30,158 bases of DNA from Candidatus Methylomirabilia bacterium. Lineage in GTDB: Bacteria; Methylomirabilota; Methylomirabilia; Rokubacteriales; CSP1-6. A program made the position numbers and the translations under genes. Location: assembly GCA_041497895.1 (NCBI GenBank), contig JBGQHJ010000048.1:1-30158 (forward strand), in the 5' to 3' direction. Positions 24,510 to 30,158 of this stretch are shown piece after piece; position 1 is the stretch's first letter, and each line of letters opens with the position of its first letter. The notes beneath the pieces were generated by a model. It had not been told where the DNA came from. It worked only from the letters and a program-made list of their open reading frames with translations, and did no database searches.

Positions 24510-25407
24510 GCTGATCCGGCTCCACATCCGCGAGACGCCGGTGATGGAGCTGACCGGCGCCGACTTCGGCCTCCCCGCCTTCCCCCTCACGCTCAAGCTC
24601 GAGCTGTTCCAGCACGCGGGCTCATTCAAGACCCGCGGAGCCTTCGCCAATCTCCTGACGCGCGCCATCCCGGCCGCGGGCGTGGTCGCGGCCTCGGGCG
24701 GCAACCACGGCGCCGCGGTGGCCTACGCGGCGATGCGGCTCGGCGTGCCCGCGCACATCTTCGTCCCCACCGTGTCCTCGCCGGTGAAGATCGCCCGCAT
24801 CCGCGCCTACGGCGCGGAGCTGGTGGTCGGCGGCGACCGCTACGCCGATGCGCTCGCCGCGAGCGAGGCGTTCGCGGCACGGTCCGGGGCCCTGCCGGTG
24901 CACGCCTTCGACCAGGAGGAGACGCTGCTCGGGCAGGGCACGATCGGCCTCGAGCTCGCGCGGCAGGCTCCCGATCTCGACACGCTGCTGGTCTCGGTAG
25001 GGGGCGGCGGCCTGATCGGCGGCATCGCGGCGTGGTGCGCGGGGAGGCCGCGCGTGATCGGCGTCGAGCCCGAGACCGCGCCCACGCTGACCCGGGCGCT
25101 CGCGGCCGGCAAGCCGGTGGACGCGGAGGCAGGCGGCATCGCGGCCGACTCGCTCGCCCCGCGTCGGGTGGGCGAGCTGATGTTCCCGATCGCGCGGGCC
25201 CACGTCGCGCGCGTGGTGCTCGTCGCGGACGCGGCCATCCGGCGGGCCCAGGCGGCGCTGTGGGAGAGCCTGCGTGTGGTGGCGGAGCCCGGCGGGGCGG
25301 CCGCCTTCTCCGCGCTGCTCGACCGAGCCTACGTGCCGGAGCCCGGGGAGCGGGTCGGGGTCGTGGTGAGCGGAGGCAACACGACTGCGGTAGACTTCGG
25401 CCGATGA
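24466..25407 (+). CDS. PLP-dependent threonine/serine dehydratase family protein, no ACT domain
   Basis: LKLELFQHAGSFKTRGA (PLP Lys), ASGGNHG, VGGGGL, VSGGN. Confidence 0.92.
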   Translation: MTATIDRARIEQTHRLIRLHIRETPVMELTGADFGLPAFPLTLKLELFQHAGSFKTRGAFANLLTRAIPAAGVVAASGGNHGAAVAYAAMRLGVPAHIFVPTVSSPVKIARIRAYGAELVVGGDRYADALAASEAFAARSGALPVHAFDQEETLLGQGTIGLELARQAPDLDTLLVSVGGGGLIGGIAAWCAGRPRVIGVEPETAPTLTRALAAGKPVDAEAGGIAADSLAPRRVGELMFPIARAHVARVVLVADAAIRRAQAALWESLRVVAEPGGAAAFSALLDRAYVPEPGERVGVVVSGGNTTAVDFGR

Positions 25408-25673
25408 GCCCGTCCGCCACTCCCGAGCCGTCCGGCGCGCTCGGCCGCGCTCTCGAGCACCTCGCCGCGGGCGAGTGGCAGCCCGCCCACGAGATCGTGC
25501 AGGCGGACAAGTCCGTGCTCGCGGCCTGGATGCACGGCATCGTCCACACCCTCGAGGGCGATCTCGACAACGCGCGCTACTGGTACCGCAAGGCCGACCG
25601 CGAGTTCCCCGGCGCGGGCGCCGTCCAGCAGGAGATCGCCGCCGCGCGGGAGCGTCTCGTCAGCGGCGGCTAG
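25404..25673 (+). CDS. Small helical hypothetical protein (89 aa)
   Basis: ATGA-coupled to the dehydratase; WQPAHEIVQ...AAWMHGIVHTLEGDLDNARYWYRKA resembles a recurrent small bacterial family. Confidence 0.8.
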   Translation: MSPSATPEPSGALGRALEHLAAGEWQPAHEIVQADKSVLAAWMHGIVHTLEGDLDNARYWYRKADREFPGAGAVQQEIAAARERLVSGG

Positions 25674-27337
25674 GCGGCGCCCTCGCCCAGGAACATCTCG
25701 CGCAGCCGCGCCTTCTGCACCTTGTCGCCGTGCGGGCCCGGGGTGCGCGGCACGTCGGCCACCACGCGCACGTGGCGCGGGACCTTGAACGAGGCGATGC
25801 GGCCCCGGCAGTGGGCGATCACCTCGTCCTCGGTGAGGTCCCGGCAGCCGGGCCGCGGGATCACGTAGGCCACCGCGGCCTCGTTGGTACGCGGGTCGGG
25901 CACGCCGATCACGAAGGCCTGGAGCACCTTCGGGTGGGTCTGCAGGTACGCCTCGATCTCGCCCGGGGCGACCATGAAGTGGCTGATGCGCAGCACCTCG
26001 CGCAGGCGGCCGCGGAAGATCACGCGGCCGGCCGCGTCGCGCACCGCCAGGTCGCCGGTCTTGAACCAGCCGTCGGGGCTGAAGGCCTTCGCGGTCTCCT
26101 CCGGCTTCCGGTAGTAGCCCGCGGTCACGAGCCGTCCGCGCAGCCACAGCTCACCCTCGCCGTCGACGGGCTGATCACGCCCGGTCTCGGGATCGACGAC
26201 ACGCGCCTCGAGCCCGTCGGCCGGCCAGATCCCGGCGAGGGCGCGGACCTCGGTCGGCTCGTCGAGGTCGTGCACGAGCGCCATCGCGTTGACCTCGGTC
26301 ATGCCGTAGGGCTGGAAGGCCCGGCGCACGCCGAGCCGCTCCACCACCGCCTCGAAGAGCCCCTCCACGCCGCCCGCGGTGGCCGCGAAGCCGCCGGTGC
26401 GCAGCCGCGAGCGATCGCGCCGCGCCAGGTCGGGATGCTCGAGCATCGGCACCGCCATCGCGTCGACCCCGTTCCACACCGTGATCCGCTCGTCCTCCAT
26501 CAGGCGCAGGGCCACCGCGGGCTCGAACGTCTCCATCAGGACGAGCGCGGCGCCGTGGGTGAAGGTGGCGAGAGGGATGCACACGCCGCCCCAGGTGCCG
26601 GAGAGCGGCAGGGCGTGGAGCACCCGGTCGGCGTCGGTCATGCGCAGGACCTCTCCACACCACCAGCCGTGGGGCAGGCAGTTGCGGTGGCTGATGATCG
26701 CGCCCTTCGGGAACGACGTGGTGCCGGACGTGTAGAGGATGGTGAACGGATCGTCGGGCGTGACCCCGCCGCGCGCGGCGGCGAGCGCGGCGGCCCCGGT
26801 GGCCTCGTCGCCCGCGTCCTGCACGTCGCGCCACGCGAGGCAGCCGGGATACGGGTCGTCGGCGTGCACGATCACGCGACGGAGCATCGGGAACTCCTCG
26901 ACGTCGAGCTCGCCCGGGACCGAGGCGGCCAGATCCGGCAGCACCTCGGCGAGCGTCTCGAGGTAGTCGACCGGGCCGGCGTGGCCCGCGCACACCAGAG
27001 TGGTCGCGTCCGACTGGCGCAGGATGTACCGCAGCTCGTGGGCCTTGTAGCGGGTGTTCAGCGCCACCACCACCGCGCCGATGAGCCCGCAGCCGTGCTG
27101 GGTCGCGAACCACTCCGGTCGGTTCGGCATCCAGAGCGCGACCTTGTCGCCCTTCTGGACGCCCAGGGCGAGGAGGCCGCGCGCGAGCCGGCACGCGTCC
27201 TCGTGGAGCCGGACGTAGGTGATGCGACGGTCGGTCGCGACGATCGCCTCGCGGTCGCCCGCGCGCCGCGCCTGGGTCGCGAGCATGTCGCCCACCGTCG
27301 CGCGCAGGAACGGGTTGCCGTCGCCGGGAGGCAGCAT
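25670..27337 (-). CDS. AMP-binding acyl-CoA synthetase/ligase
   Basis: ILYTSGTTSFPKG, YGMTE, GWFKTGDL, IASFKVPRH; start 27337 (alternative 27346). Confidence 0.93.
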   Translation of the reverse strand: MLPPGDGNPFLRATVGDMLATQARRAGDREAIVATDRRITYVRLHEDACRLARGLLALGVQKGDKVALWMPNRPEWFATQHGCGLIGAVVVALNTRYKAHELRYILRQSDATTLVCAGHAGPVDYLETLAEVLPDLAASVPGELDVEEFPMLRRVIVHADDPYPGCLAWRDVQDAGDEATGAAALAAARGGVTPDDPFTILYTSGTTSFPKGAIISHRNCLPHGWWCGEVLRMTDADRVLHALPLSGTWGGVCIPLATFTHGAALVLMETFEPAVALRLMEDERITVWNGVDAMAVPMLEHPDLARRDRSRLRTGGFAATAGGVEGLFEAVVERLGVRRAFQPYGMTEVNAMALVHDLDEPTEVRALAGIWPADGLEARVVDPETGRDQPVDGEGELWLRGRLVTAGYYRKPEETAKAFSPDGWFKTGDLAVRDAAGRVIFRGRLREVLRISHFMVAPGEIEAYLQTHPKVLQAFVIGVPDPRTNEAAVAYVIPRPGCRDLTEDEVIAHCRGRIASFKVPRHVRVVADVPRTPGPHGDKVQKARLREMFLGEGAA

Positions 27338-27395
27338 CGGCCACATGCTACCGCAGGGCTTTACACCGCGTCCGAGATGTGGAAGATGGAGGCAG

Positions 27396-28043
27396 ATGAA
27401 GTGTCAGGACGTGCGGCGGGCGTTCCCGCTCCTCATCGCGGGTGAGATCCAGCTCACGGAGTGGGTCCTCATCGAGACGCACCTCGTCCGGTGCGCCGAG
27501 TGCCGGAAGGAGCTGGAGCGGCAGCGGGCCCAGGCGGCGGAGCGGGCACGCGCGCGGCAGCGCAAGGCGACCGCCGCGGCCCTGGTGGCGACCGCGGCGT
27601 TCCTGGCGGTGGCCGGCGCCGGGTTCTACATCTATCAGGCCGGCATTCCGGATCCTTATCGAACGGGGCCGTTTCAGGTGGCGCCGGGCCCGCCCGCTCC
27701 GCCGATGCCCGTCTCGCCCGTGGCGCCGCTGCCGGTCTCCCCGCCGGCCGCGCGCCCGGTCCCGGCCTCCGCGCCCGTCCCGGTGCCGGCCGCGCCGAAG
27801 CCCCGGCCGGTCGTCGAGACCGCCGCCCCGCCGCCGCCCGCGCGCCCGCCGGCGGCCGCGGTCTCGGAGGTGGTGCCCCGTCCCGTGCGCACGCCCGCGA
27901 GCGCGGCCCGGCCCCCGACGCCGGTGACGGAGGAGCGGATGCCGACGCAGGCGCGCCCGCCGGAGCCGGTGCGCGCGGCGCCCGGCGCGGAGTCGATGCC
28001 GACGCAGGGGACCTCGCGCTCCGCGCCGCACCCCCGCGAGTGA
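27396..28043 (+). CDS. zf-HC2 (ZAS) anti-sigma-like membrane protein with Pro/Ala-rich tail
   Basis: MKCQDVR...ETHLVRCAECR (C...HxxxCxxC), one TM segment (AAALVATAAFLAVAGAGFYIY), Pro-rich C-terminus; GGAGG RBS. Confidence 0.8.
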   Translation: MKCQDVRRAFPLLIAGEIQLTEWVLIETHLVRCAECRKELERQRAQAAERARARQRKATAAALVATAAFLAVAGAGFYIYQAGIPDPYRTGPFQVAPGPPAPPMPVSPVAPLPVSPPAARPVPASAPVPVPAAPKPRPVVETAAPPPPARPPAAAVSEVVPRPVRTPASAARPPTPVTEERMPTQARPPEPVRAAPGAESMPTQGTSRSAPHPRE

Positions 28044-28804
28044 GCCGGCCGCGCGCGGCGCGGGGCGGATCACCCGCGCCGCGCGGGGCCCGCCGCGTCC
28101 TGATCACCGGCGCCAGCCGGGGGCTGGGCCTCGAGTTCACGCGCCGCTACCTCGAGCGCGGTGACCGGGTGTTCGCGACCTGCCGCCGGCCCGCCGCCGC
28201 CCGCGCGCTCGCGGCCCTGGCCGGCGCGCACCCGGATAGGCTCACCATCGTGCCGCTCGACGTGAGCGATGCCGGCTCCATCCGTGCCGCCCACGCGGTG
28301 GTGCGCCGGCAGGTCGACGGGCTCGATCTCCTGATCAACAACGCCGGCATGTACTCGACGCGGGGTAGCGCGGACCCCACCGAGCGCCTCGGCGAGCTCC
28401 GCTTCGAGGACGCGCTCCTGCTGCTGCGGGTCAACGCGGTGGGCCCGCTCATGGTGACCCAGCAGTTTCTCGGCCTGCTCGCCGCCGGTCGCCGGGGCCG
28501 GGTGGTGGCCATCTCCTCCGAGTACGGCTCGGTCTCCGAGAACACCGACGGCTTCCCCTACTACTACGCGGCCAGCAAGGCGGCGCTGAACATGCTGATG
28601 CGCTCCCTGGCCGCGGAGGCCCGGCCACTCGGGATCGTCACCGCGCTCCTCGACCCGGGCTGGGTCAGCACCGACATGGGCGGGCCGGAGGCGCCGGTGG
28701 CGCCGGCGCGGTCGGTGGCCGGGATGATGCGGGTGATCGACGGGCTCGGGGCCCGGGACAGCGGACGGTTCCTGACCTGGGAGGGGCGCGCGGCGCCCTG
28801 GTAG
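28040..28804 (+). CDS. SDR family oxidoreductase (C-factor/CsgA-like)
   Basis: VLITGASRGLGLE, LLINNAG, YAASKAALNM, PGWVSTDMGG; GTGA-coupled. Confidence 0.92.
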   Translation: MSRPRAARGGSPAPRGARRVLITGASRGLGLEFTRRYLERGDRVFATCRRPAAARALAALAGAHPDRLTIVPLDVSDAGSIRAAHAVVRRQVDGLDLLINNAGMYSTRGSADPTERLGELRFEDALLLLRVNAVGPLMVTQQFLGLLAAGRRGRVVAISSEYGSVSENTDGFPYYYAASKAALNMLMRSLAAEARPLGIVTALLDPGWVSTDMGGPEAPVAPARSVAGMMRVIDGLGARDSGRFLTWEGRAAPW

Positions 28805-28810
28805 GCGCGC

Positions 28811-28975
28811 TCAGGCGCGCTCGGGCTGGCTCCGGAGATACTTGGCGACCGCCTCGAGGAGCAGCCCGAGGGCTTCCTTCTCGGTGCGGCCGGTCACGCT
28901 CACGTCCGGGTAGAGCACCGCGGAGGCGCGGTAGAGGCCGCCCTCTTCCTGCACGACTTCGACTTCGAGCTTCAT
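28811..28975 (-). CDS. 54-aa HicB-like antitoxin-fold protein
   Basis: Not in the ORF track; manual translation MKLEVEVVQEEGGLYRASAVLYPDVSVTGRTEKEALGLLLEAVAKYLRSQPERA fits the HicB pattern EEGG.Y.A...P.....G.T..EAL..L.EA...YL. Confidence 0.7.
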   Translation of the reverse strand: MKLEVEVVQEEGGLYRASAVLYPDVSVTGRTEKEALGLLLEAVAKYLRSQPERA

Positions 28976-28982
28976 GGGAGCG

Positions 28983-29774
28983 TCACGGCCGGCTCGGGCG
29001 CGCGCGCTCGGCCAGGAACAGATAGCGCGAGAGGCTGAAGAAGTACTCGCCGCGCGCGGCCTGGGCGCGGATGTCGTCGGCCCAGCGTGCGGCCTCGTCC
29101 TCGGTGACGCCGCCCCGGTTGGCCACGAAGCGGGCCACCACGTCGATCATCCCCGGGCTGTAGGTCTGCTCGGTCGCCTCCACGTTGAGCACCGGGATCA
29201 GCGTGACGCTCTTCACCGCGAAGCCGGCGCGCCGCAGCAGCTCGGGGAGCCGGGCCGGCAGGTGCGGATGGGTGAAGCGCTGCTCCCACGCCTGGAGCAC
29301 GCGCGCGGTGCGCTCCCGGTCGCCCGAGTGCCACACGCAGGACTCCCAGTCGGTGTCGAGGACGGCCAGCCGGCCCCGCGGCTTCAGGACGCGGGACGCC
29401 TCGGCCAGGCCCCGCTCGACGTCCGGCATGTACTCGTAGACCTGCATGGCGGTGACGAAGTCGAAGGTGCCCGGCGCGAAGGGCAGCGCCTCCGCGTCGG
29501 CCTGGCGGAACTCGGTGCGGCCGGTCACCGCGTCGTGGCGGGCCCGCTCCTCGCAGGCCGCGATCATGGTCGGCACCGAGTCGACGCCGACGACCCGTCC
29601 GGTCGGCCCCACGTCGCGCGCCAGCTCGCACGCGAGCATCCCGAACCCGCACCCGATATCCAGGCCGCGCTCGCCGCTGTGCGGGGCCACGATCGCGCGC
29701 ACGCGCGCCCGCTGCTCGGCCACGTCGGGAGTCGAACGGGAGGGATCGGCCAGCGCCGGACTGGGGGTCGCCAC
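28983..29774 (-). CDS. Class I SAM-dependent methyltransferase (UbiE-like)
   Basis: LDIGCGFG, VVGVD, ADAEALPF, RVLKPRGR. Confidence 0.92.
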   Translation of the reverse strand: MATPSPALADPSRSTPDVAEQRARVRAIVAPHSGERGLDIGCGFGMLACELARDVGPTGRVVGVDSVPTMIAACEERARHDAVTGRTEFRQADAEALPFAPGTFDFVTAMQVYEYMPDVERGLAEASRVLKPRGRLAVLDTDWESCVWHSGDRERTARVLQAWEQRFTHPHLPARLPELLRRAGFAVKSVTLIPVLNVEATEQTYSPGMIDVVARFVANRGGVTEDEAARWADDIRAQAARGEYFFSLSRYLFLAERARPSRP

Positions 29775-29780
29775 GCGGGA

Positions 29781-29809
29781 ACGCTACCAGCCCCCACCCC
29801 TCCCGTCAA
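29781..29809 (-). promoter_or_regulatory. Sigma70 promoter for a leaderless methyltransferase mRNA
   Basis: TTGACG-17 nt-(TGg)TAGCGT-6 nt-GTG start; no Shine-Dalgarno sequence. Confidence 0.7.
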
Positions 29810-29897
29810 CCGCCCTTCGGCGATGCAGTCAGGCGTATGGCGGGTGAGACAGCCAGTCGCGTAGATGCGTCAAGAACATCGCGCGGAGGGTGGGGGT

Positions 29898-30036
29898 GGG
29901 GGGCGCGGCGGGGCCTCCCGGGGACCGTGGCTTCTGCGGGTCGTCGAAGCCACCAGCGTCCCATCTCGTGGCCCGATCGAGGCGGCGCAACGCGCCTGCG
30001 ACTCAGGGTGTCCCCGGGAGGCCCCCCCGCGCCCCC
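29898..30036. repeat. Long inverted repeat enclosing internal hairpins (MITE-like element or structured RNA)
   Basis: GGGGGGCGCGGCGGGGCCTCCCGGGGAC (29898-29925) pairs with GTCCCCGGGAGGCCCCCCCGCGCCCCCC (from 30010); inner stem GTGGCTTC/GAAGCCAC. Confidence 0.65.
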
Positions 30037-30158
30037 CCCCCCCCCCCCGCCGCCCAACCCAACCCCCCCGGCGTAGCCAGCCCCAGCACCACCACCAGCC
30101 CCCAAAACGCCCCGGTGAAACGCATCACCACCCCCCGCACCCCCCGCGCCGCCCCGCA

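Noticed and set aside
30031..30158. Poly-C / poly-Pro ORF or G-quadruplex element
   Set aside because: Low-complexity C-rich tail at the window end is most likely a low-quality contig end.
1..30158. tRNA, rRNA, integrase or classical transposase genes
   Set aside because: No recognisable signatures found by eye; a tRNAscan/Rfam/ISfinder run would be needed to exclude them fully.

Overview
Very GC-rich bacterial DNA with dense, mostly accessory metabolic genes: CoA-dependent enzymes, F420-type oxidoreductases, amidohydrolases, SDRs, methyltransferases and an ATPase-less Dpp/Opp ABC importer. Gene content and intergenic repeats suggest a soil lineage such as Ca. Rokubacteria/Methylomirabilota, but this is only an inference. 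Most long ORFs in the six-frame track are GC shadow frames, so I re-called starts from RBSs, stop/start overlaps and domain boundaries. The standout is an intact 540-aa gene (12329..13951, -) fusing an ECF sigma factor to a catalytically dead, internally deleted F1-ATPase beta-subunit homologue that keeps its adenine-pocket segments. It is a candidate nucleotide/energy-sensing one-component sigma factor. Other notable items: a frameshifted DUF222-HNH gene with a structured leader that sequesters its RBS; a sigma54 promoter ahead of an unannotated 60-aa Cys/His protein; an orphan HicB-like mini-gene; a Ccr homologue with Gln at a CO2-pocket Glu; an ACAD pair with Asp at the catalytic Glu; a probable CTG-start cyclase; several apparently leaderless genes; BoxC-like repeats; and a long branched hairpin near the low-complexity right end. 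All comparisons with reference proteins are from memory and need database confirmation.
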